From the IMG/VR virus record IMGVR_UViG_3300021400_000095: DNA of 64,000 nucleotides, one strand, 5' to 3'. The translations under genes and the position numbers were made by a program. The DNA comes from a virus (lineage: Duplodnaviria; Caudoviricetes). This document shows, in pieces, positions 40,270-49,589 of the stretch. The notes below the pieces were generated by a model. That model was not told the origin of the DNA and did not search any database. It saw only the letters and a program-made list of their open reading frames with translations. How positions within the stretch are numbered: position 1 is the stretch's first letter; the number at the start of each line of letters is the position of its first letter.

Positions 40270-40387
40270 TAATCCTTAAAAATTTTTATCAAACAATGGT
40301 TTTATTACAAGATTAAAAACTATTGTATACATAAAGTGTAATGGTTTTAATTATAAAAAAGTGATAGCATAAATGATAAAAAAAGAA

Positions 40388-40412
40388 AGAGTCTCTGAAT
40401 TTCAGAGACTCT
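40388..40412 (-). terminator. Terminator of the major capsid gene
   Basis: agagtctctgaa-t-ttcagagactct with a T-rich tract following on the minus strand. Confidence 0.8.
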
Positions 40413-40442
40413 AACTTATTATTTATCAATGTTTTACAAAGA

Positions 40443-42347
40443 TTATCTAAGTTCATTGATATCCCATGTTGTAAGGCCATCTACTCTCACGCCACCATAA
40501 AATCTGTTGTTAACACACTTCTTGGCATATCTTGTGATAATGCCCTTTACAGGAGCAAAGTTGTGAGGGTTGTAGATAACTGGAGTAAGTTGCATAGGGA
40601 TATAAGGAGCATAGATATAGCCAGTATCAAGAAGGCTCTTACCCTTGTGACCAATGATGATTGACCAAGCAGGGGAATAAGGGTCTCTATAGACCTGATA
40701 TCTACCACCAAGTGAACCTACTCTTTCAATACCCATATTGTATTGGTCTGATTCAGCAGAAGCATCAGAGACATGGAAGTATTCAAGGTTATCAAATACA
40801 GCAGAGATTTCAGAAGAAACTACAAGGAAGTTTGCACCACCTCTAAGAGTTGCTTTATGGATTTGAGCAGAGATTTGGTTAACCTTAGTTACAAGTTCTT
40901 GGTTCCAGTCTTTTTGGGTGTAGTTAGTGCTGAAGCCAGCCATTCTTCTCCAACCATTGACATCCCATCTTGCTTGCCATGGAGCAAATTTTCTAAGGTC
41001 TCTAAGAATCTCTCTATCAATTTCAGCAGCAATTTGTTCTGAAAGGAGAGCAGTTAATTCAGCCTCAGCATCAATATTATGGAAAGCACTTACATCTTGT
41101 GCAAGTTCAGGTGACCATGTTGCTCTAAGTTTTCTTTCTTCAACTGAAACAGTAACACTATCAAGTTTGAAAGAAACCTCACCAATTTCAGTTTCAAGTT
41201 CAAGGCTATCATACTGACACCATGCTACTTGGAAGAGGTCATCAATAGAGTCAGGCATTTCAACACCAAGATAGCCATCCATAGAAGCACCTTGTACTTT
41301 TGCAGGTTTTGCAAGGTCAATATCAAGGTAGATGCAACCTTCAGCATCACATACACCTGCATATTCTACAATACCCTTACCATATTTTTGGGTAACAACT
41401 CTGAAAGGAATTGATTCATTAGCAGCAAAGCAAGTTGAGCCTGAGCCACCAATAGCTTCCTTAGCAACTACTTTAAGAGAACCAAGGAAAGCTTCAGTAT
41501 CCATTTCATTTCCATCAGGGCCTGTAAGTTTGCTTGCATTGTAAGATGAGAAGCCTTTAACTTTAAGGATAAGGTTTCTAAGAGTACCATCACTATAGAG
41601 TTTAAGGTCATCCTTAGTTGCATCAACTAATTGGCCTCTCTTGAAGACAACAGGAGTAGCTTCACCAACTTTGATATGAATCTTACCCTTTGAGTTATCA
41701 AAAAGGAAATCATTATAGAAGAGGTCATAAAGGGTTTTGCCCATATACTTAGTAACTTCAGGAGAAACCTGTCTTACTCTTTGACCATCTTCAAGTGAAG
41801 CAAAAGCCTCATCATATGAAGTGAAACCTGAAGAAACAACCTCACCAGATTTTACATCATAAACTTCAAAGATTTGTTCATTAACAACCTCATCAGGGAG
41901 ATAGAATCTGTTATAAGTAGAACCATCTCTTCTGTCAGTTCTCTCATAACCCATAAGACCTCTATGTCTGCCAGTAGTACCATCTTCAATTTCTTCAGAT
42001 GACCACTCTCTTTCACTGGTAACAGGGAGTAAGTAGAAGAGTTTACCAATAGGAAGGTTCATAGCCTGTACTGATACAATATCATTAGCAAGGAGTTTGC
42101 TGAATACTCTTCTGATAATAGGGAATACAACAGTTTCAAATGAACCACTGTTGCTTGCATCTGATGCTTCTTTAAGCATTGCCTTAGCTTGGTTTTCATA
42201 AAGGGTTGCTACATTTTCCTTTACAATACCAACAAGACCATCAGTCATACCAAGAGAATCCCATCTCTTAGCAATTTCAGTTCTAATTCTTTTCTGTTCA
42301 TTAAGTTCAATAGTACCTACTTGACCAGATTTTAAAAATTCAACCAT
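40443..42347 (-). CDS. Major capsid protein (T4 gp23-like)
   Basis: PIIRRVF..DIVSVQAMNLPIG, RKLRATWSPELAQD..AEAELTALLSEQIAAEIDREIL, GYIYAPYIP, TRYA. Confidence 0.95.
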   Translation of the reverse strand: MVEFLKSGQVGTIELNEQKRIRTEIAKRWDSLGMTDGLVGIVKENVATLYENQAKAMLKEASDASNSGSFETVVFPIIRRVFSKLLANDIVSVQAMNLPIGKLFYLLPVTSEREWSSEEIEDGTTGRHRGLMGYERTDRRDGSTYNRFYLPDEVVNEQIFEVYDVKSGEVVSSGFTSYDEAFASLEDGQRVRQVSPEVTKYMGKTLYDLFYNDFLFDNSKGKIHIKVGEATPVVFKRGQLVDATKDDLKLYSDGTLRNLILKVKGFSSYNASKLTGPDGNEMDTEAFLGSLKVVAKEAIGGSGSTCFAANESIPFRVVTQKYGKGIVEYAGVCDAEGCIYLDIDLAKPAKVQGASMDGYLGVEMPDSIDDLFQVAWCQYDSLELETEIGEVSFKLDSVTVSVEERKLRATWSPELAQDVSAFHNIDAEAELTALLSEQIAAEIDREILRDLRKFAPWQARWDVNGWRRMAGFSTNYTQKDWNQELVTKVNQISAQIHKATLRGGANFLVVSSEISAVFDNLEYFHVSDASAESDQYNMGIERVGSLGGRYQVYRDPYSPAWSIIIGHKGKSLLDTGYIYAPYIPMQLTPVIYNPHNFAPVKGIITRYAKKCVNNRFYGGVRVDGLTTWDINELR

Positions 42348-42394
42348 AGTTTTGTTTATTTTCTTTTTTTAATTATTTTAATGTTAGATTTTTT

Positions 42395-43894
42395 TTAGCA
42401 ATTATTCATTCTCTTGATTAAGTCAAGTGTATTAAGTAAGTCTTGTGACTTATAAGTAGTTTTTGATTCATTGACTACAGTTTTATTTTCAACAGTCATT
42501 GGTTTACTACTTTCAAGAGTAAGTTGTTTGCTTTTAAGTTGTTTGTCAATTGATTCATAGAGAGCATTAGATTGTTCAATAGTTTTTGCTTCATTAACAA
42601 ATCTATTAACAATTTCTTTTTTCTCTGATTGACTTACAGTGTTTTCAGTGAAAAGTCTGGTAATTTTTGCAAGGTTTGTATTGACAACATAAGCTTCTTT
42701 AAGGGTTTTCTTAAGGTCTTTAACAGATTCTTTAAGTTCCTTATTTTCTTTCTTATAAGCCTCAGCAATTGCCTTATAGTCACCAGCAACTGAAACATTT
42801 TTAGAAACTTTTGGGAGTTCAGCATTTGAAGGTTTATTAGATTTAGTTTCTTTTCTGTCAGCTTGTCTGCTTCTTGACATTGCTGCTTCATCAACAGTAT
42901 CTTCTTCAGCCATAGCAGCACCACATTCTTCAAGATTTGCATCATCTTCTTCATTTACTGTTTTTTCAAAAGGTTCTCCCTTTGACTTTGAATCACCAGC
43001 CCAAGGTTTTTCTGTCCCAGTAGGAACACCCTTTTCCCAAGATTTACCTGACTTTGAAGGTTCAGCATTTGATAAACCTTGAATTGGGTCTTTATCTTGA
43101 TAATTGTCAGTGTATCCAAGGTCAATTTCAAATAACATTTCCTTGTTTTCTTTCATAACTTTTTTAGATTTTTTACCTTCAAACTTAGGTTCATTATTTT
43201 CAGCATCATCAAGATTTTCTTCTTCAAATTCATCCATATCATCTGGAATACCAGCAATATCAGAATCATCTTCTTTAATGACACCTTCTTCAATATCCTG
43301 TTCCTCACTTTCACCTTTAATGGCATCATCACCATCCATACCAAGGTCAATTACATATTCATTACCAGTTTCATTATCAGATAATGAAATTGTATTACCA
43401 TCTTGTTTAACAACAACTTGGTCATCATCTTTCATTAACTTATAAACTTTTACTATTTGGTCATAGTCTTGCACACTAGTAAGGTCATAGGTATTTTCAT
43501 CACCTGTTTGATATTGTGAAAATTCAGACCAATCATCACCTTCTTCTTGTGGTTGTTCAGCAGCAGGTTCTTCTTCAGTTTGTGCAGGTACTTCAGCATC
43601 AGTTTGTGCCATAGGTTCTTCCTGTGCATCTGCATCATTTACATCAGTTTCATTTGCTTCTGAAACATCACCTGTAGATTTGTCATCTTTTTCATCAGTA
43701 CCATCAGTGTTATTTTCAATTTCATACTCATCAGAATCTTCATCATCATCTTCAACTGAGTTTCTGATAGCATCTTTTACAGCTTCACTAAGCAAAGCTT
43801 TAAGTGTTTCCTTGCTTTCTTCTTTAATGGACTTTTTAATTTCATCCATTTCAAGAAGTGCTTGTTTTGCTATATTTTTATCTGTTTTGCTCAT
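42395..43894 (-). CDS. Prohead core/scaffold protein (gp22-like by position)
   Basis: Very acidic coiled coil with many (L/I/V)xE sites, immediately upstream of the capsid gene. Confidence 0.7.
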   Translation of the reverse strand: MSKTDKNIAKQALLEMDEIKKSIKEESKETLKALLSEAVKDAIRNSVEDDDEDSDEYEIENNTDGTDEKDDKSTGDVSEANETDVNDADAQEEPMAQTDAEVPAQTEEEPAAEQPQEEGDDWSEFSQYQTGDENTYDLTSVQDYDQIVKVYKLMKDDDQVVVKQDGNTISLSDNETGNEYVIDLGMDGDDAIKGESEEQDIEEGVIKEDDSDIAGIPDDMDEFEEENLDDAENNEPKFEGKKSKKVMKENKEMLFEIDLGYTDNYQDKDPIQGLSNAEPSKSGKSWEKGVPTGTEKPWAGDSKSKGEPFEKTVNEEDDANLEECGAAMAEEDTVDEAAMSRSRQADRKETKSNKPSNAELPKVSKNVSVAGDYKAIAEAYKKENKELKESVKDLKKTLKEAYVVNTNLAKITRLFTENTVSQSEKKEIVNRFVNEAKTIEQSNALYESIDKQLKSKQLTLESSKPMTVENKTVVNESKTTYKSQDLLNTLDLIKRMNNC

Positions 43895-44008
43895 TTTAAA
43901 AAAAGCATTAATAGTCTTATTTTTACAATAAATATTAAGTAATTTTAAAAAAAACTAGTTTTTCAAAAAATAAATACTTGAAAACTAATATTTTTTTGTA
44001 TTTATTTA

Positions 44009-44824
44009 TTAATTTTTCTCTCTAAATCCCTGTTTTTTGTATTTATCTTGTTTAACTTTTACAATAACTTTTCCAATTTTTTTAATAAAATTATCACATA
44101 GTTTCATAACTTTTTCAGGGGTCATTTTATATTTTTTTAATTCTTTAATGAAATCCTGTTCATCACAAAATTCATTATATATTGAACACATTTTTTCATA
44201 TAATATCCAGCATTCACTTTTTTTAATGATTTCCATTGATGGCATTTCAGGTTTTGCCATTAAATAAGCATATAATCCATTAACATAGGAATCTTGTTCT
44301 GATTTTATACAACCATACATTAATTGTGCAGTTTTACTGACAATAACATTTCTTGATTCCATATTTGTTTTAATAAAAGAATATATGTTACTATCAGAAT
44401 ATTTCTTTCCCATCATCTTCTGCTCAAATAAGTGTGATAATTCATGTTGAATTGTATCAATAACATTAGATTTTACAATTTGACCAGAAATCATTGGAAT
44501 TGTTAACCCCATAAAAAATAATTTATCTGAAACATAAACAGACCAACCTGTGGAAACAACACCTGAATATTCATAATATTCTTTTGTAAAAAAATTATAA
44601 CAAGTAATTGAACAACTTACTTTACCACCAAATAAATCAAATGTTAAAGAGTTATTCCATTTTGAATAAAAATCACTTGTTTCAACATCAGTCTTTATCT
44701 TTATTTCTTCCTCTATTTTTTTATAAACAGACATGGATAAATCAGCAACCATTTCTGAAACACCAAGTTCTTCATTTAAAAGTTGCTTAAATTGATTTTC
44801 TGTTATGGTTAATTTCTTCTGCAT
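44009..44824 (-). CDS. HExxH zincin-like metallopeptidase with leader helix; paralog of 3392-4279
   Basis: Start at 44824 is coupled to the upstream stop; MQKKLTITENQFKQLLNEE; TIQHELSHLFE..EQDSYVNGLY. Confidence 0.55.
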   Translation of the reverse strand: MQKKLTITENQFKQLLNEELGVSEMVADLSMSVYKKIEEEIKIKTDVETSDFYSKWNNSLTFDLFGGKVSCSITCYNFFTKEYYEYSGVVSTGWSVYVSDKLFFMGLTIPMISGQIVKSNVIDTIQHELSHLFEQKMMGKKYSDSNIYSFIKTNMESRNVIVSKTAQLMYGCIKSEQDSYVNGLYAYLMAKPEMPSMEIIKKSECWILYEKMCSIYNEFCDEQDFIKELKKYKMTPEKVMKLCDNFIKKIGKVIVKVKQDKYKKQGFREKN

Positions 44825-45282
44825 TATTTCCCAAAAATTGCTCTTGTGTCTATGCCTGTATTTTCCATGATTTCTTCCCAATATTCAATAGCAAAAGCAA
44901 TAAGTTCATCTTTTGTACCAATAATACAATGTCCACCCATTGAATTATCACAACCTGTAGGAGTATTTAAACCTCTTCTATAGAGTACACATTCACCACC
45001 AAGGTCAAAAACAAGGTCACCAGGTTTTGGATTTTTATCATTATCAGCATAAAAGTTAGTGAATTCTGTACTATAGAATTGCCATTCACCATTTACAAAG
45101 ATAGAATTATCTTCAAGATTAATATCTTCATCTTTTAAGACACAATCTGGTTTAATGAGATTAAATGGTTTATCCCATTCATTATCATAAACAATAAAAA
45201 TTTCATTAATAATGTTTTCTTTCAAGAATTTTTTAACAGATTCTAGAACAATATTTTTTAATTGTTTTTCAGTAATTAACAT
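44824..45282 (-). CDS. Hypothetical protein with leader helix
   Basis: MLITEKQLKNIVLESVKKFLKENIINE. Confidence 0.6.
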   Translation of the reverse strand: MLITEKQLKNIVLESVKKFLKENIINEIFIVYDNEWDKPFNLIKPDCVLKDEDINLEDNSIFVNGEWQFYSTEFTNFYADNDKNPKPGDLVFDLGGECVLYRRGLNTPTGCDNSMGGHCIIGTKDELIAFAIEYWEEIMENTGIDTRAIFGK

Positions 45283-45304
45283 TTATTATCCTCCTATAGT
45301 TTTT

Positions 45305-46036
45305 TTACCCATTTAACCAATCATTATATTTATCTAATTTGTCAAACAGAACATTTCCCTTTTTGTCATTATTTTCTTTAACATAGACATATTCTGATGG
45401 TATACCATCAGGGCAAATCCAAGCATTTCCAGTACTTGGTTCACTAACAACATCAAAACACACCAATTCAAAATCATCACCAACATACAAGGTTCCCATT
45501 CTTTGTGTTACAGAACCAAGACCTCTTGAAGATAGACCAATTTTATAGCCTTGTAACAATAGGTTTGCTGTTTGGTCACCTTGACATGATATAATACCAA
45601 ATTTTCTAAAACCTGGACTAGTAATAATTTCAATTTTACCAACAAGAGTATTTCCCTGCCAATGTAATTCAACAACATTAATTGCAACTCTACTAAGGTC
45701 AATTGTGGAGGATTCTGGGTGGTTTAGTTCGGCCAATGCTCTTCTTTCATCCATAATTTTTTGATATTTTTGGACTTCTCTTTTAAGAATATGTTCAGGA
45801 TATATTCTACCATTGGCATTCTCAACACCAAATCTTTGGAACACAGCATCAACAATAAATGGGTATGGGCAATGGAATTCATTGTCAATACCTTCATTTA
45901 TTTTATTATAGGATTCAAACAACTGTTGGTTATTGCCACAATCTTTAGAGATATAGCCATCACATTCAATCAATAATCCTGTACCAATTTCACCTTTATG
46001 TATTTCAGTCAAATTTCTTACATCCATAATTAACAA
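45305..46036 (-). CDS. Prohead maturation protease (T4 gp21-like)
   Basis: NANGRIYP, ALAELNHP, GLSSRGLGS, FDVVSEPS. Confidence 0.93.
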   Translation of the reverse strand: MLIMDVRNLTEIHKGEIGTGLLIECDGYISKDCGNNQQLFESYNKINEGIDNEFHCPYPFIVDAVFQRFGVENANGRIYPEHILKREVQKYQKIMDERRALAELNHPESSTIDLSRVAINVVELHWQGNTLVGKIEIITSPGFRKFGIISCQGDQTANLLLQGYKIGLSSRGLGSVTQRMGTLYVGDDFELVCFDVVSEPSTGNAWICPDGIPSEYVYVKENNDKKGNVLFDKLDKYNDWLNG

Positions 46037-46722
46037 TACATTTTTAATTCATCAAGTATTTTATGAACCTTTTCATCTTGTACAAGGTCATAATTTTCCA
46101 TCATTGCTTGAATTTTATTAAATACTTTTGCATTAAATTGTTTAACATCATAATAATATTTAAGATGTGCAATCATATCATCAAAAGCAGTTTGTTTAAA
46201 GCCAAATTCATCTTCTTCAGGAGCATTATATTCAGCAAATATATTTGAAAGTTGCTTAATTAAAGATTCAACTTTTTCACCCCAGTTAACTTCAATACCA
46301 GGATAATAGTCACCATAATCTTCTTTTTCAGAATAATCAATATTATCAACAAATTCTCTTAAGACTTTAGATACACATTCACCAACAAATTTTTCATAAT
46401 TATCCTTATTAATTTTCATTGGTTTTCTATCTGCTTTAGATGTTTTATGTGTTTTAGTGTTAGATTTAAAACCAGGTCCATTCAGTTCCATATCAGCATC
46501 TCTACTACCTTTTCTAACAGCAGCAAGGGTAGATTTAGGGCCATTATGCTTTTTTGCACCATGTGATTCAGTGAGCATACCTGTTTCAAGTAATTTGTTA
46601 TAGAAATTTCTCAATAAGGGATAGCATTTTTGTGCCATTGCTCTTAATTCAGGATACTGCTCATCTAAATCTGTGTCATATCTAAGTGCATCTATGAGGC
46701 TAAAAAATTTATCAACTTCCAT
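46030..46722 (-). CDS. Hypothetical protein with internal leader-like helix
   Basis: MLTE and FVGECVSKVLRE segments. Confidence 0.55.
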   Translation of the reverse strand: MEVDKFFSLIDALRYDTDLDEQYPELRAMAQKCYPLLRNFYNKLLETGMLTESHGAKKHNGPKSTLAAVRKGSRDADMELNGPGFKSNTKTHKTSKADRKPMKINKDNYEKFVGECVSKVLREFVDNIDYSEKEDYGDYYPGIEVNWGEKVESLIKQLSNIFAEYNAPEEDEFGFKQTAFDDMIAHLKYYYDVKQFNAKVFNKIQAMMENYDLVQDEKVHKILDELKMYC

Positions 46723-46742
46723 TTCAATCTATGTTTAATTTT

Positions 46743-47921
46743 TTATAATTCATCTGGATGAATATATTCATCATTAATAATATTTTTATCAGTTTGCAAT
46801 GTTGACATTTTATCAACAAATGAATAATATTCTTTTTCTTCTTTTGCTTTTTTTGTTAATCTATGTAATATTTCTTTACCTTTTTTTGATTTAATAAAAA
46901 TTTCTGACATTATTTTACTAAACTTATCAACAGGTAACTTTGCAATTTTCCTATATAAATAAGGGATAAGGTCTGTATCAACATTTTCAAAACAATCTGT
47001 TAAAATTTCCCATAATTGTGGGCCAATTCTCATATCCCAAGGTTCTGCTTTCAAATAATCTGCTTTATTAAGAATATAATCAATTTGATTCTTATCTTTT
47101 GGTAAACCATGTGAAGCAAACAATTCCATAAAACCTCTTATTGTTTCACTAAGAAGAACTGGAAATATTTTACCACTTGCTTCAATAACAACTTTTTCAT
47201 CAGGTTGACCAAGTTTTACTGCAACAGAACCAAACAATAATTTGTTATTATCATCAATTCCAAGGTCTTCTTTTACAAATAATAAATATTCATTTAAGAA
47301 GATAATTTTTCTATACAAATCACACAATGTTGGGTCAACATCATATATGTCTGATATGTATGATTTAATATTTGAAGATATTTTCATAGCAGCCCCCATA
47401 TTAAGAACATCAAGAATTCTTCTTTTTTCAACTTCTTTTTTAAGTGTTTCTGCTTCTTCAATATCTGAAAATTCAACATCAATAGTATCTGGTTCAATTT
47501 TTATATTATCACCATCAATCTCTTCAACCAAATCTAATTGAAGTGTAATTGTATCATCAGGAACTTTAAAAAGGTTTGTAACATAGTTAAAACAAATCTT
47601 TTCAAGTTCTGCTTTATGCAACTGTTCAATTTTTTGACATTTGATTACTAATTTTGAAAGAACACTTTCAATTTTATCATCATTAAAATCATTAATTGAA
47701 CCTATTTTCTTTAATTCATTTTTAACTTCAAGAAAATGTTTTTTTGTCAAATGTTCAATGAAATTTTCATCAAATATATTTGGTATTGCTGCATTGTTTT
47801 TTAATGATGTTTGACCTTTGAAAATACAATTAACAATGTCATCAGGCAAAGAATCCAATAAGATACTTTCCTTTAATTGCTTATACATATTTTCATTTAT
47901 AAATACTGTTTTCATTATCAT
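46743..47921 (-). CDS. Hypothetical head-module protein
   Basis: 392 aa; MKTVFINENMYKQLKES; EPWDMRIGP. Confidence 0.6.
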   Translation of the reverse strand: MIMKTVFINENMYKQLKESILLDSLPDDIVNCIFKGQTSLKNNAAIPNIFDENFIEHLTKKHFLEVKNELKKIGSINDFNDDKIESVLSKLVIKCQKIEQLHKAELEKICFNYVTNLFKVPDDTITLQLDLVEEIDGDNIKIEPDTIDVEFSDIEEAETLKKEVEKRRILDVLNMGAAMKISSNIKSYISDIYDVDPTLCDLYRKIIFLNEYLLFVKEDLGIDDNNKLLFGSVAVKLGQPDEKVVIEASGKIFPVLLSETIRGFMELFASHGLPKDKNQIDYILNKADYLKAEPWDMRIGPQLWEILTDCFENVDTDLIPYLYRKIAKLPVDKFSKIMSEIFIKSKKGKEILHRLTKKAKEEKEYYSFVDKMSTLQTDKNIINDEYIHPDEL

Positions 47922-47958
47922 ACACTATGTCAATTATAAATATCATTTAAACAACAAA

Positions 47959-47987
47959 AAAAACCCATTTTCTATTGAAAATGGGTT
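47959..47987 (-). terminator. Intrinsic terminator
   Basis: aacccattttc-tatt-gaaaatgggtt with an A-tract on the plus strand. Confidence 0.75.
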
Positions 47988-48005
47988 ATATATAGCATTA
48001 AAAAC

Positions 48006-49016
48006 TTAAATATTATTTAATATATTAACAAATTTTTCCTGTTGTTCAGGTGTTGCTTTATTATACATGTCAATGATTGCTTCTTTCATATCCCAACTAT
48101 TTGATAATCTTTGGACCTCATCATCACCAAAAACATCACTAAATGCTTGAAGTACTTCAAAAACATTTAATCCACCAATAAGTTCAGCAATATTAACTGA
48201 TTCATCATTACCAAGTAATTCTTCAGTCAATTGTTTTTTTGTCATGGTTTTGCCATTTCTTTTCATTTCATAAAGTCTAGCAATTTCAACATTTCTTTTT
48301 GTAAAACTTTTGCTTTCAGACACACCATTAGTTATATCTTCACTATTTCCATTAATTGAAATTTTATTAGGGTCTGCACCATTTGAAACTGCATTTTGAA
48401 ATGCTGTTGTAACAGAATCTTTAATATTTGGCTTGCTTGAATCAAATGAAATGTTTACTTCATCTTTATCAGTTGCATTATTTGTTGTGGTTTTTCCTTG
48501 CATTGATATGGAATTATTATTTAAACCTGCTCTAAGTGCATCACTATATTTTTCTTGTGCATTTTGACCTAATTCATTTGCATTTGAGCCAGTAAAAGTA
48601 ACAACAGTTTTTTTGTTATCCATTATCTCATTCAATTGTTTTGGTGAAATAATAATTCTTTTTTCTTGAACATCCCTTTTCTTGTCTGGATATAAACTTA
48701 TTGTCATATCATATTTATCAAATTCATCTTGGACAGTACCAGCAGCATGGCATCTAATATATCCATATAAATTTCCAAAATCTGTTGTGACCATTGTTTC
48801 ATAATCTCTATATGCACCTGCATTTGTATCAACCTTATTAATATAATTATGATATACACCTGCACCAACAATTACATCATTAACACCATCAACTGATTTA
48901 ATCATACTGATAAGTTTTCCAACATTTTGCCATGCATCATCATGATGTAATTGCCCACAAAAATTAGAAACAAATCTATAAATTCTATTTTGAATTTTTT
49001 TTATTTCATTTGCCAT
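48006..49016 (-). CDS. Hypothetical multi-segment protein
   Basis: Segments separated by VQE/LNE/VSE/LTE; internal RIIISPKQLNE. Confidence 0.6.
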   Translation of the reverse strand: MANEIKKIQNRIYRFVSNFCGQLHHDDAWQNVGKLISMIKSVDGVNDVIVGAGVYHNYINKVDTNAGAYRDYETMVTTDFGNLYGYIRCHAAGTVQDEFDKYDMTISLYPDKKRDVQEKRIIISPKQLNEIMDNKKTVVTFTGSNANELGQNAQEKYSDALRAGLNNNSISMQGKTTTNNATDKDEVNISFDSSKPNIKDSVTTAFQNAVSNGADPNKISINGNSEDITNGVSESKSFTKRNVEIARLYEMKRNGKTMTKKQLTEELLGNDESVNIAELIGGLNVFEVLQAFSDVFGDDEVQRLSNSWDMKEAIIDMYNKATPEQQEKFVNILNNI

Positions 49017-49533
49017 TGTTTGGATTATTAAATGGTGTGTTATTTACTTTACTTTTTTTCTGTTCTGGCTTTGGTTCATCTTTTTGCTCATCATCAACAC
49101 CAAAAACCTCATTTAAATTTTTCTTTTTAAAGAAAACAGATTCCATTGGCATTTGTTGACCCATATCAACAGGCTCTTGCTCAATGCTATCAGGGTCATC
49201 AGTTGGGTCTGCATTTTCATCATCTTCACCATCAAGTGAATCTAACATTCCACTAACCCATTTACCAAGTTCTTCCTTATCTTTCCCTTGATAATTTCTG
49301 AAATCATCACATGCCTTACCAATGTTTTTTTGAATATCCTTTTTTGTTTTTTCATCACTACCCATTGATGGTTCATCAGCACCAACTGTTGGGTCTAAGT
49401 TCATACTCTGGTCACTACCACCCATCATGTTAGGGTCTTCAACACCCATATTGGGGTCAATATTTTGGTCAGGTGTTGACATCATGTTTGGGTCTTGTTG
49501 TGGCATTGGTTGAGACACAGAAGCATCACCCAT
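49006..49533 (-). CDS. Acidic Pro/Met-rich ORF; probably the -1 frameshift extension of 49590-51227
   Basis: The frame stays open upstream of the ATG back to the A9 run at 49599-49607. Confidence 0.6.
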   Translation of the reverse strand: MGDASVSQPMPQQDPNMMSTPDQNIDPNMGVEDPNMMGGSDQSMNLDPTVGADEPSMGSDEKTKKDIQKNIGKACDDFRNYQGKDKEELGKWVSGMLDSLDGEDDENADPTDDPDSIEQEPVDMGQQMPMESVFFKKKNLNEVFGVDDEQKDEPKPEQKKSKVNNTPFNNPNNGK

Positions 49534-49589
49534 TGGCTGTGTTGCTACAGGTGATGCTTTCTTTTTAATTTTTATAACTTTTTTCTCAG

